Below are positions 1 through 8,574 of a DNA stretch of 64,000 bases, piece after piece. How positions within the stretch are numbered: position 1 is the first letter of the stretch; each line of letters begins with the position of its first letter. Made by a program: the position numbers and the translations under genes. The notes beneath the pieces are model-generated. The model was not told the DNA's origin, did no database searches, and was given only the letters and a program-made list of their open reading frames with translations. This stretch comes from Patescibacteria group bacterium (lineage in GTDB: Bacteria > Patescibacteriota > Microgenomatia > UBA12405): assembly GCA_013387215.1 (NCBI GenBank), contig WARW01000019.1:22717-86716 (forward strand), written 5' to 3'.

Positions 1-178
1 GCCAATTATTCTTAAAAACCATGTCTTAGTCAATAATTGGGAAAATGGCTGGCAGCTTAATTCTAATGCCGCAGCTACAATTTATCTCCTTTTCTGGCCT
101 CAGGTTCTCGAATTTATTGGCTTTGGATTTTTGCTTTTAGTCCCTCTGATAATTTCTACTAAAAAACTTGATTTTTAG
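1..178 (+). CDS. 3' end of a hydrophobic (membrane) protein; partial, continues upstream of the window
   Basis: Open frame from window edge to TAG at 176-178 (…NAAATIYLLFWPQVLEFIGFGFLLLVPLIISTKKLDF*). Hydrophobic C-terminus. Confidence 0.35.
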   Translation, partial: PIILKNHVLVNNWENGWQLNSNAAATIYLLFWPQVLEFIGFGFLLLVPLIISTKKLDF

Positions 179-253
179 CCAAAAGATTGGTAAAATACCC
201 CCAATTAAGTAATCAGGCATTTGCCCTCTTTCACTTGATAAATTTCGTTCTTT

Positions 254-268
254 AACAAACGGTCGTAT
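254..268. promoter_or_regulatory. palindromic motif AACAAACGGTCGTAT (AWACG-nn-CGTWT) in the 5' region of secreted-protein gene 1
   Basis: Exact inverted copy at 1156-1170. Variants at 1308-1318, 2093-2112, 2236-2247 and 3187-3204, all flanking the three paralogous secreted-protein genes. Confidence 0.45.
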
Positions 269-314
269 TAAAAAAATGTCCTCAAAAAGAGGAAAGAAAG
301 GTAAGGTGTTTTCC

Positions 315-1097
315 ATGTTAAAAAAAATCGTTTGCCTCGTAATGGTTCTCTTTGTCTGTCTATCAATAACTAGCGTTTCTTTCGGTGCTGAACCACCAAA
401 AACTATTACCGTTACTCTTGTGGACCAAAAAGTAAATTTGAGTTCCAATTGGAGTATCTATTACACCAGAGTGCTTTGGAAAAGAGCTAATGGCACAGAA
501 TACAGTCAGTTGGTCAGCTTTTCATTAAAAAGTTCCACTTTCTCTATTCCCGCAGACGCTTGGGCTGTCAAAATAGACCATGCTTCCAATGTTACAATTT
601 TTACCGAACTTCCGGCTATCTATAATAGCTGTTGGATTATTGTCAAAAATAAACCAGCCGAAGTTTGGACCAATCTCAGCCATAGTTCCACTCACACTCC
701 TGGTTTAGGACATCAGATTTACCAAGTATCTACTTGGGGCAATCATCGTTGGATTTGTTCTTATGAAACCGACACTAATTGCACAATTTGTCATCCTAAA
801 CCTTCAAACGCTATCGATGCTGGTAAAAACTTTGAAACCGGTGTTAACAACACAAAATATATCTATTTCAAAGTTGATACCAACGAGCTGGGCATAATTG
901 GGGCTTTTTCTCTTGATGGCATCTCTGATGGTGTTTACAAGGTTTATACCCCCGGTATATACACTGCTAACATTAACAATGGTTTTCTAGTTATTGTTTC
1001 CAAAGACAAGGCTCAAGCCGAGTGGGATGCACGTCTCAAAACAGCCAAAGATAATGGTTGGGCTTGTGCTCACATTGACAAAGGACCTTTGAAGTAA
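315..1097 (+). CDS. secreted hypothetical protein (signal peptide)
   Basis: ORF 276..1097. Likely start at the internal ATG 315, preceded by a purine-rich RBS (aagaggaaagaaaggtaagg). N-terminus MLKKIVCLVMVLFVCLSITSVSFGA looks like a signal peptide. No recognisable domain. Confidence 0.6.
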   Translation: MLKKIVCLVMVLFVCLSITSVSFGAEPPKTITVTLVDQKVNLSSNWSIYYTRVLWKRANGTEYSQLVSFSLKSSTFSIPADAWAVKIDHASNVTIFTELPAIYNSCWIIVKNKPAEVWTNLSHSSTHTPGLGHQIYQVSTWGNHRWICSYETDTNCTICHPKPSNAIDAGKNFETGVNNTKYIYFKVDTNELGIIGAFSLDGISDGVYKVYTPGIYTANINNGFLVIVSKDKAQAEWDARLKTAKDNGWACAHIDKGPLK

Positions 1098-1345
1098 TTT
1101 TTTGGGGATTCTCTTTTTTCGCAAGATTAATGGGAATCTCCTTCCTGCTTTTAATATACGACCGTTTGTTGCAATTTTTCCTATTTTTTATTGAGTATTT
1201 TTGTGTCTAAAAACTTGACATTTAACCTATAATATAGTAATATATGTTACAGTTTACAAAGAAACCTTTGTTTCGCACAAAACCGCTTCTTGTAATCCTG
1301 GTACCTTAACAAACGGCCACACTTAAACCCAAAAGGAGATTTCAA

Positions 1346-2029
1346 ATGAACCGCAGTGTTGCTTTAAGCATTCGTATCCTTTTCACCCTCAGCTTCATTT
1401 TGGCTCTGACTTTTTCGTCCTGTTTCACGGCCAAAGCTGATTCCGGCAACACCCTGACCATTAGTGGAGATTCTAACCTCATTCAGTTCCAAACCAACTG
1501 GGATGTGGCTTCTCTGCCTATGTTTTGGGGCGTTTCAGGATTACCCATGCAGCCAGACACTATCACCTTCGTCAACCGCCAAGCTCAATTAATTCCGCCC
1601 AAAAACACCGTTTCCATGTTTTTCAATCAGCCCGGAGTCACTGTTTCCACCACCTTCACCGCTTTAACCAGTGATGGATGGTATGCAGTTCCCCAGGCTA
1701 CTGACGAGATTGTTGTTTCTGGTTCCATTGCTTTGGTTCAATTCATATCCAACTTTGATCCAGCACCACTCAGTGTTACTTGGGGCGTTTCAGGACTTCC
1801 GGCTGTAACTCAAACGGTTACTTTCACCAATCGCGTTGCCAGCCTGATTCCCCCTAAAAACACTGTGTCTATGCTGTTTGCCCCCTCAGGCATCAAAGTT
1901 ACCACAAGTTTTCCTAATCTTGGCTTTGGCTGGTATCAGGTTCCCGCAGTTACCCCAACTCCGACTCCCAGCCCGACGCCGAATCCTATTCAAAACAATT
2001 TCATTTATCTCCCTCTCGTTACTCGCTAA
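1346..2029 (+). CDS. secreted protein with two internal ~85-aa tandem repeats, Pro/Thr linker and C-terminal FIYLPLV tail
   Basis: RBS aaaggag lies 8 nt upstream. Signal-peptide-like N-terminus. Internal duplication (…WGVSGLP…T(I/V)TF(V/T)NR.A.LIPPKNTVSM(F/L)F…) occurs twice. TPTPTPSPTPNP linker. Paralogous to 2280..2936. Confidence 0.65.
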   Translation: MNRSVALSIRILFTLSFILALTFSSCFTAKADSGNTLTISGDSNLIQFQTNWDVASLPMFWGVSGLPMQPDTITFVNRQAQLIPPKNTVSMFFNQPGVTVSTTFTALTSDGWYAVPQATDEIVVSGSIALVQFISNFDPAPLSVTWGVSGLPAVTQTVTFTNRVASLIPPKNTVSMLFAPSGIKVTTSFPNLGFGWYQVPAVTPTPTPSPTPNPIQNNFIYLPLVTR

Positions 2030-2043
2030 TTCAAATCCCGCTT

Positions 2044-2081
2044 GGGCTGCTTCCCGACTCTCGTAATCGAGGAAGCAGCCC
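2044..2081. other. GC-rich hairpin (gggctgcttcc…ggaagcagccc) downstream of 1346..2029
   Basis: 11-bp inverted repeat in an AT-rich context with no clear U-tract. A related hairpin starting gggctgc recurs at 3139-3177. Confidence 0.4.
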
Positions 2082-2279
2082 GGGTTTGGGATAAAAGTGT
2101 GGTCGTTTGTATAAATTTTCCCTATTTCCCCCAGATTTTTTCTTGACTTCTACCTATTTTTATTGTAATATAAAATACAATTATAGGCACATTCTTAAAT
2201 TGCCAAGAATTCTGCATATAATCAGTTCTTTAAAAAAACGACCGTATCTCAACCCCAAAATCAAAGAAGGAGTCTAAAA

Positions 2280-2936
2280 ATGTATCACCGTTCAACCGCT
2301 TTACTTGCCTTTATCACCATTGTTCTGTTGAGCACTTTATTGTTCTATCAGTCAAGTGCACACGCAGAATCCGCAAACAACACCATCACCATAAGTGGAG
2401 ACAATTACCTAATCCTTTTCTCATCTGATTTCACTTCCAGCCAAGCATTTTCTGTTCATTGGAGTCCTGATAACCATAACTGGTCAACTCAAGACATCAT
2501 ATTCAATAAAAACAATGTATATATTGAGCCACCAGATGGTACTATCAGCATGAAAATTGACTCAGCCAATACTCTGATTAGTACTAGTTTTAACCCGCAA
2601 GAAAACGGCAGTTATTCTATTCCTCAAATATTCCCCCGTCTTATTCAAATGACTGGAAACAATAAACAATTAACAATGATTATTAGTAATGTTGGCCCAA
2701 TACCTATCCCCATCAGATGGAGACTCCAAAACAACATCGAAATCGAAGATACCCTGAATTTTTATGATAATACTCTTCTTGTGACTCCACCAGTAGGTGC
2801 CGTTGCTATCGGAATGAATCTAAAAGGATACAACTTTTACACCCAATTCGAACTAACTCCCGGTGGATGGTTCCAAATCACTCAGGTTGAAACTGGACCT
2901 CAGCAACAAATCTTTTTACCCTTAATTCAGGGTTAA
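2280..2936 (+). CDS. secreted protein, paralog of 1346..2029 (C-terminal IFLPLI tail)
   Basis: RBS gaaggag. Signal peptide MYHRSTALLAFITIVLLSTLLFYQSSAHA. The N-terminal 'NNTITISGDNYLILF' resembles 'GNTLTISGDSNLIQF' of the neighbour. Shares the C-terminal ΦΦLPLΦ motif. Confidence 0.65.
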   Translation: MYHRSTALLAFITIVLLSTLLFYQSSAHAESANNTITISGDNYLILFSSDFTSSQAFSVHWSPDNHNWSTQDIIFNKNNVYIEPPDGTISMKIDSANTLISTSFNPQENGSYSIPQIFPRLIQMTGNNKQLTMIISNVGPIPIPIRWRLQNNIEIEDTLNFYDNTLLVTPPVGAVAIGMNLKGYNFYTQFELTPGGWFQITQVETGPQQQIFLPLIQG

Positions 2937-3138
2937 AGCTAATGATTTATTACTACATCACTCTCATCACCAGCATCCTTTTGATAATTGGTCTGTGCGC
3001 CTTTTTTGTATTTCAGATTTGCCGTTTAAAGCGTCGTCCCACCAAGCACCAATCTTTATGGAATTATATTGGACCAATTCCTCTCGGAAGACGCAAATCG
3101 CACAGCGCTCATCGGTAATCACATTTTTCAACACCAAA

Positions 3139-3177
3139 GGGCTGCCCTCAAAACACACTCGTGTCCGAGGGCAGTCC
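3139..3177. terminator. GC-rich hairpin between convergent genes (2280..2936 + and glyA -)
   Basis: gggctgccctc…gagggcagtcc inverted repeat with a nested acacactcgtgt palindrome in the loop. Only a weak T/A tract on either side. Confidence 0.45.
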
Positions 3178-3201
3178 AGAAAGGGAAAAAGTGCGGTCGT
3201 T

Positions 3202-4404
3202 TTAAAAATTTTTCAACCACTCTTTAACTTCATTTGCTACTTTTTCTTTATTTTCTCCCTTAATTACCTGACAAATTAATTCTCCTATTTTGACCATATC
3301 CTCTTCTTTCATGCCTCTGGTAGTCATTGCTGGTGTTCCAATTCTGATACCAGATGGTCTCAAAGGTGAACCTTCTTCATGAGGAATAGTATTGGCATTA
3401 ACGATTATGTTGGCTGCCTCTAAATCTAAAGCCACTTGCTTGCCCATTTCTCTGCCCACATCCACCACCATTAAATGGTTTTCGGTCCCAAACACTCTAA
3501 ACCCATTTTTCTTTAAAGTTTCGGCCAAAGCTTTAGCATTTTTTAGCACTTGAACTGCATATTCTTTGAATTCAGGCGTACTAGCCTCGGCAAAAGCTAT
3601 CCCCATTGCTGCAATTGCATTCTCATGCGGACCGCCTTGCAGGCCTGGGAAAACTGCTTTATCGATTTTTTTAGCCAGTTCCAGATCCTTTTCCAAACCT
3701 TTTTTAGTTACGCCGATAAAAGCCCCTCTTGGACCTCTCAAACTCTTGTGGGTAGTGCTGGTTATCACATGTGCATATTCAACTGGGCTCATATGCACTC
3801 CGCCCACAACCAAACCCACAATATGGGAAATATCTGCAACTAACCAAGCACCCACACTATCGGCAATTTCTCCAAATCGTTTAAAATCCAAAACATATGG
3901 ATAAGCCGTGGTGCCGGCAAAAATCATCTTAGGTTTAGTTTCTTTAACTAAGTTTTCCAACTTGTCATAATCAATCCTTCCATCCGGCTCAACATCATAT
4001 TGGATACTTTCAAAAAACTTTCCGGAAAAAGTAATCTTTGGATGTCCATGAGTCAAATGTCCGCCAGCTGAAAGTTTCAAACCGCAGATTTTATCGTCTC
4101 TCTCCAACAAAGCCATTTGCACTGCACTATTGGCAGGACTTCCGGAATAAGGCTGGACATTTAAATGTTCCACTCCTAAAAGTTCCTTGCCTCTGGCAAT
4201 TGTTAAATTTTCAATTTCATCAATAATGGCATTGCCCTGATAATATCTTCTGCCAGGATAACCTTCAGCATATTTGTTGGTCAGCCCGCTCCCGATTGCT
4301 GCCATCACATCCTCTGATGCAAAATTCTCGCTTGGAATCAGCTGAATCTGTTCTTTTTGTCTTTTTTCTTCCGCTTTAATAAGCTCCAACATTTTATCTT
4401 TCAT
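3202..4404 (-). CDS. glyA: serine hydroxymethyltransferase
   Basis: Full-length SHMT similarity (…YSGSPANSAVQMALL…, HLTHGHP…, PLP-lysine region TTHKSLRGPRG). Confidence 0.95.
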   Translation of the reverse strand: MKDKMLELIKAEEKRQKEQIQLIPSENFASEDVMAAIGSGLTNKYAEGYPGRRYYQGNAIIDEIENLTIARGKELLGVEHLNVQPYSGSPANSAVQMALLERDDKICGLKLSAGGHLTHGHPKITFSGKFFESIQYDVEPDGRIDYDKLENLVKETKPKMIFAGTTAYPYVLDFKRFGEIADSVGAWLVADISHIVGLVVGGVHMSPVEYAHVITSTTHKSLRGPRGAFIGVTKKGLEKDLELAKKIDKAVFPGLQGGPHENAIAAMGIAFAEASTPEFKEYAVQVLKNAKALAETLKKNGFRVFGTENHLMVVDVGREMGKQVALDLEAANIIVNANTIPHEEGSPLRPSGIRIGTPAMTTRGMKEEDMVKIGELICQVIKGENKEKVANEVKEWLKNF

Positions 4405-4471
4405 ATTATTAATTAAATTAATAACAAATTAAATTTATTAAAGATTTTTAAGTTCATATTTTTTGAGATTT

Positions 4472-4491
4472 TCAACGTGGTAACACATTGA
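4472..4491. promoter_or_regulatory. 21-bp imperfect palindrome TCAACGTGG-taa-CACATTGA (copy A), upstream of glyA
   Basis: Half-sites AACGTG / rc AATGTG. Followed on the + strand by AAAAAAATATGACGAAAAAA. Flanked by a 10-bp inverted repeat ttgagatttt…aaaatctcaa (4463-4526). Confidence 0.5.
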
Positions 4492-4531
4492 CTGATCGAA
4501 AAAAAAATATGACGAAAAAATCTCAATTAAC

Positions 4532-5491
4532 TTATAGAATTTTACTCTGATTTTCCCATTTAAAAAGATCACCAAGAGATCTTTCCTGATGAACTCTCCA
4601 AATTATTTTTCCCAAAAGCGGAGCCAACGAAATCACTTTTACTTTAGGAGTTCTTTTTTCGCAAGGAATTGGAACGGAATTCAATAAAAGTATTTTTGAA
4701 GCAGCTGATGATTCTAATCTTTCACAAGCATTTTTGGACAAAAGTGCATGGGTTGCACACACCACCACATCTTTAGCCCCGAAATCTTTTAATACATTTG
4801 CTGCAGCTGCAATTGAACCGCCGGTATCAATAATGTCATCGATAATAATTGCTGTTTTATCTTTCACATCACCCACCAAATGGGCTACTTCAGCTTCGTT
4901 ATGTTGTTTTCTGACTTTATCAATAATGGCCAAAGGTGCTCCCAAAAGATCAGCTAATTTATTGGCTCTTTTTACTCCGCCAATATCTGGTGATACTACT
5001 ACGATATCTTGGTAGTTTAATTTTTTAATTTGTTTGGCAAACAAAGGATAGCCCACGAAATGGTCTACTGGAATATCGTAAAAACCTTGAATTTGTTCCG
5101 TATGTAAATCGACAGTTATTAATCTATCAGCACCTGCTTTAGTAATTAAATCAGCCACTAGCTTAGCAGTAATTGGTTCTCTAGAGGTCACCTTCCGGTC
5201 TTGTCTTGAGTAACAAAGATAAGGACAGATTAAATTGATTCTTTTTGCTGACGCTCTTTTTAAAGCGTCAATAATAATCAACATCTGCATCAAGTTGTCA
5301 TTCACCGGGCCAACTAAACTTTGAATAATATAAATATCATCTCCTCTAACTTTTTTACCTATCTTTACATATATTTCCCCATCAGCAAAATTTTTGATTT
5401 CAATCGGAGTCAAAGGCACATCTAAATTCTTCGCTATTTTCTGGGCAAGTTTTAAATGGGCAGTACCGCTAATTAATTGAATTTTGTTCAT
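4532..5491 (-). CDS. prs: ribose-phosphate pyrophosphokinase (PRPP synthetase)
   Basis: ORF 4532..5530. Start most likely at MNKIQLISG (ATG at 5491) with AGGAG RBS. The Prs family signature runs throughout (…DLHTEQIQGFYDIPVDH…, …IIDDIIDTGGS…). Confidence 0.93.
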   Translation of the reverse strand: MNKIQLISGTAHLKLAQKIAKNLDVPLTPIEIKNFADGEIYVKIGKKVRGDDIYIIQSLVGPVNDNLMQMLIIIDALKRASAKRINLICPYLCYSRQDRKVTSREPITAKLVADLITKAGADRLITVDLHTEQIQGFYDIPVDHFVGYPLFAKQIKKLNYQDIVVVSPDIGGVKRANKLADLLGAPLAIIDKVRKQHNEAEVAHLVGDVKDKTAIIIDDIIDTGGSIAAAANVLKDFGAKDVVVCATHALLSKNACERLESSAASKILLLNSVPIPCEKRTPKVKVISLAPLLGKIIWRVHQERSLGDLFKWENQSKIL

Positions 5492-5571
5492 ACTCCTTAA
5501 ATTTTTAAAGCTGGGGGCAGCTAATTCCACTATAGCCCAAAACAGGAATATTGCTACAGGCTAAATCTGGC

Positions 5572-6333
5572 TCAAATCAATCCATTTTTTTTAACTTCCT
5601 CTACTACTTTTTCATGAATTTCTTCAAGACTCATCAAACCATCCTTATTACAGCAATTTATTGCCACCCAAGTCTTATCTGACTTAATCATTTTTTTATA
5701 TTCTTCAAAAGTAGATTCTTGATGTTCTATACTTTTTTCAGCCATATCGGCTCCTTTTCCACCCACATAATTTCTTTCGGTTTTTTTCAATATCAACTCA
5801 GCACTCACTTTTGGTTCCACTAAAAGCACAATTACCAAATCCGGTTTTAAAATTTTCATATCATTCCAGCCAGTTTTCCAAAGCCACTCCCGATATTTTT
5901 CTTTAGCCTCACCTTGAAGTTTCGCGATTTGATGAACATTGGAAGTGAAATACCGATTGGAAATAACCAACTTTCCTTCATCCACCCATTTTTTGATTTG
6001 CTGGCTGCCCCAATATTCATCAATCATATATGGCAAAACTGCCAAATATGGACTGATGCTAAAAAGATCTCCAAATTCACCGGTCAACATTCGGCCCACC
6101 AATTTTCCCCACACACTTGAATCATAATGAGGGTAATCATCAGTTTTCACTTCAAATCCTTTTTCTTCAAAATAATCACCAAGCAAACTCACCTGCTCCC
6201 CTTTCACTCCGCCTTTACTTATTTTGTATCCTTGTTGGCTTAAATATTTTTTTAATAAATCTGTCTGAACCGATTTACCGCTGCCATCCGTTCCTTCAAT
6301 CACAATAAATTTGCCTTTTTTTATTTTTTTCAT
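5572..6333 (-). CDS. tmk: thymidylate kinase (dTMP kinase) with C-terminal extension
   Basis: P-loop IVIEGTDGSGKS at the N-terminus. Overlaps thyX by 4 nt and is co-oriented with it. Confidence 0.85.
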   Translation of the reverse strand: MKKIKKGKFIVIEGTDGSGKSVQTDLLKKYLSQQGYKISKGGVKGEQVSLLGDYFEEKGFEVKTDDYPHYDSSVWGKLVGRMLTGEFGDLFSISPYLAVLPYMIDEYWGSQQIKKWVDEGKLVISNRYFTSNVHQIAKLQGEAKEKYREWLWKTGWNDMKILKPDLVIVLLVEPKVSAELILKKTERNYVGGKGADMAEKSIEHQESTFEEYKKMIKSDKTWVAINCCNKDGLMSLEEIHEKVVEEVKKNGLI

Positions 6334-7058
6334 ATCTTAGATCTTAATTCTGCACCATTAATTTTTTTCCACAACCCGCAAGACATTTTACCTTCCCAAC
6401 AAACTTTTTCATTAATACAGCTTGGTCCGGCATTTTCAAAAATATTTGGGGCTACTTTTTTCACTTCCTTTAACATTTCATTGGCAATTTTTTGAGTTTC
6501 CCATTGCGATCTTTTACAGCATCTTAAATGGAAAAAGTTTAAAAGCGATCTAGCATTCATTGTCATCACAATTTTGACTTGAATCGATTGTGGCTGGCAA
6601 TATCTGGCATCTTCCTCTGGCACCCCATTGGCTACCAATTTATTATAAATTTCCTGCGTGTGTTTCAAATGTTTTAAATATTCTTTTAAAGTCTTTTTAT
6701 CGCCTTTTAAAATCGAATCTGGAACCACATATCTGGCATCAGATCTTTTAACATACCTTCCCGATTGAATCGAAAATGAGGCAATTCTGTGTCTAATCAA
6801 ATGAATTTCTGTCACCCTGCTGGCGCCCTCTATTGCAAATGTAAATGATGCATGTTCTAAAGTGGACGTGTGGCCTGAAGCCAGCACTTGTTTAATCAAC
6901 TTAGCTCGATTTTCGTCGCTTATTTTTTTCTTGAGTTGTCTGGCTCCCACTGATGAGTAACACTGCCGAATTGCTGCAGCCGCAATTTGTTCTGGGTCTT
7001 TAGTAAATGAAATAAGTTTTACTTTCAATTTACTTTGTTTTATCATTTCAAACTCCAT
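6330..7058 (-). CDS. thyX: flavin-dependent thymidylate synthase
   Basis: ThyX signature RHRIASFSIQSGRY (RHRxxSxxxxSxR). Confidence 0.9.
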   Translation of the reverse strand: MEFEMIKQSKLKVKLISFTKDPEQIAAAAIRQCYSSVGARQLKKKISDENRAKLIKQVLASGHTSTLEHASFTFAIEGASRVTEIHLIRHRIASFSIQSGRYVKRSDARYVVPDSILKGDKKTLKEYLKHLKHTQEIYNKLVANGVPEEDARYCQPQSIQVKIVMTMNARSLLNFFHLRCCKRSQWETQKIANEMLKEVKKVAPNIFENAGPSCINEKVCWEGKMSCGLWKKINGAELRSKI

Positions 7059-7174
7059 TTATAGACAACATTAAAAAAGTTTTCAAATGAAATTTCCAAG
7101 CTAAAGCTCTTATTTATCACCTCAGATTCCGTGTTCAACCAAGTTCTAGCTTTGCTATACTTGCATATACTTTT

Positions 7175-7732
7175 ATGGCTTTCAAAACTATTCATCACCA
7201 AAAACACTACAACTATTTCATGCTTTTTCTTGGTATTGTTTTAGCTGTTTTTCTTTCTAAAAATCCTTTATTTGAACGGTTGCTCACCCAACTTGGCCCC
7301 TACGCTTATCTTAGCGCTATTGTTGCCGGAGCCATGTTTGTATGTACTTTTTCTGTTGCTACCGGAGGCTTAATTATTTTGACGCTTGCCAAAACCATGT
7401 CCCCAATCGAGTTAATTTTATTTGGTATGTTAGGAGCAGTAATTTTTGACATGATAATTTTCCGTTCTTTTAAAAGTTCCATTGACAAAGAAATTGTTGA
7501 AGTTTTTAATAATCCCAAATTCAGCCACTTTAAAAAAATTCTTCATACCAAATATTTTGCTTGGATGATGCCGCTCATCGGTTTATTGGTTTTCATATCG
7601 CCTCTGCCAGATGAACTTGGAATCAGTTTATTGGGTTTATCTAAACTCAAAACTTATCAATTTATTTTAATATCGATCATGAACCACTCTGTGGGTATGT
7701 CTTTACTTGTCTACGCCACTCATTTTATTTAA
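7175..7732 (+). CDS. multi-pass membrane protein, unknown function
   Basis: Several hydrophobic segments. No recognisable motif. Confidence 0.5.
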   Translation: MAFKTIHHQKHYNYFMLFLGIVLAVFLSKNPLFERLLTQLGPYAYLSAIVAGAMFVCTFSVATGGLIILTLAKTMSPIELILFGMLGAVIFDMIIFRSFKSSIDKEIVEVFNNPKFSHFKKILHTKYFAWMMPLIGLLVFISPLPDELGISLLGLSKLKTYQFILISIMNHSVGMSLLVYATHFI

Positions 7733-7925
7733 TCTTTTTTAAGCTAGCAATTTCTTTTTGTACTTCCATAATCATCGACTGATATACTTTAATTTGTACT
7801 TCCAAATATTCATCTCCATAACAGCTCCCTGCCCGAGTCGCTGCCCAATCTTTTTGCATTTGAGATAATTTTTCTTTATATTTTATTAAATCTGCTTCCA
7901 ATCTCATCAAATTATCGCCATTCAT
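7725..7925 (-). CDS. small hypothetical coiled-coil protein (66 aa)
   Basis: Short ORF filling a gap between convergent and divergent neighbours. Coiled-coil composition only. Confidence 0.3.
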   Translation of the reverse strand: MNGDNLMRLEADLIKYKEKLSQMQKDWAATRAGSCYGDEYLEVQIKVYQSMIMEVQKEIASLKKIK

Positions 7926-7943
7926 AGCTCATTTTATCATTCT

Positions 7944-8519
7944 ATGTATACTTTCGATTATCTAAATAAAAATCGTTTAGCTCCAGACTTTTTTGATCAA
8001 AAAACTCTTGTCATTGCCAAAAATTTGTTAGGAAAATATTTAGTGTCCACTAAAAACAACTTTTTGCAAATCGGCGAAATTATGGAAACTGAAGCCTATA
8101 TTGGCACCAAAGATCTAGCTAGTCATGCCCGCTTTGGCGTTACTCCTAGAAATAAAATTATGTGGGGCAAACCTGGCTTTCTCTATGTTTATTTAGTTTA
8201 CGGTCTTCATCATTTGGTTAATATTGTGGTGGAACAAGAAGGTTTTCCGGCTGCTGTTTTGCTGCGTTCACTAAAACCTATTCAGGGCATCGATATCAAA
8301 ACCAACGGTCCTGCCAAGCTCTGTAAAGCTTTCAATTTGACTGTAGCTAACACTGGCACAAATATTATTACCAGCAATAAAATATTTATTGCTGACCTCA
8401 AAAACAAGCCTCAAAAAATTATCACCTCACCCCGAATTGGTATCGATTATGCCGCCGAACCTTGGAAAAGCAAAAAATGGAGATTTTTAGCCAAAAAAAA
8501 GACCCTGCAAGAATATTGA
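7944..8519 (+). CDS. DNA-3-methyladenine glycosylase (AAG/MPG family)
   Basis: Strong match to the MPG family core: LLGKYLV…ETEAY…DLASHARFGVTPRN…GKPGFLYVYLVYGLHH. Confidence 0.85.
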   Translation: MYTFDYLNKNRLAPDFFDQKTLVIAKNLLGKYLVSTKNNFLQIGEIMETEAYIGTKDLASHARFGVTPRNKIMWGKPGFLYVYLVYGLHHLVNIVVEQEGFPAAVLLRSLKPIQGIDIKTNGPAKLCKAFNLTVANTGTNIITSNKIFIADLKNKPQKIITSPRIGIDYAAEPWKSKKWRFLAKKKTLQEY

Positions 8520-8574
8520 TTATTAAATCAACACCCCATTCGAGTCTTTGACCTTCAGGTCTTTAAAAAAATAG

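Noticed and set aside
137-448. 103-aa ORF on the minus strand overlapping the 5' end of the first secreted-protein gene
   Set aside because: Antisense to a better-supported gene that has an RBS and signal peptide. No start context. Likely a spurious ORF.
2044-2081. GC hairpin after gene 1346..2029 considered as an intrinsic terminator
   Set aside because: Strong stem but no downstream U-tract on either strand. Kept as a structural hairpin (conserved with 3139-3177) rather than a confident terminator.
4501-4545. Tiny ORFs beginning ATGACGAAAAAA / ATGATGAAAAAAAA inside palindrome-element copies A and B (possible leader peptides)
   Set aside because: 13 and 5 codons with no RBS, and not conserved between copies at the peptide level. 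More likely part of a DNA/RNA motif.
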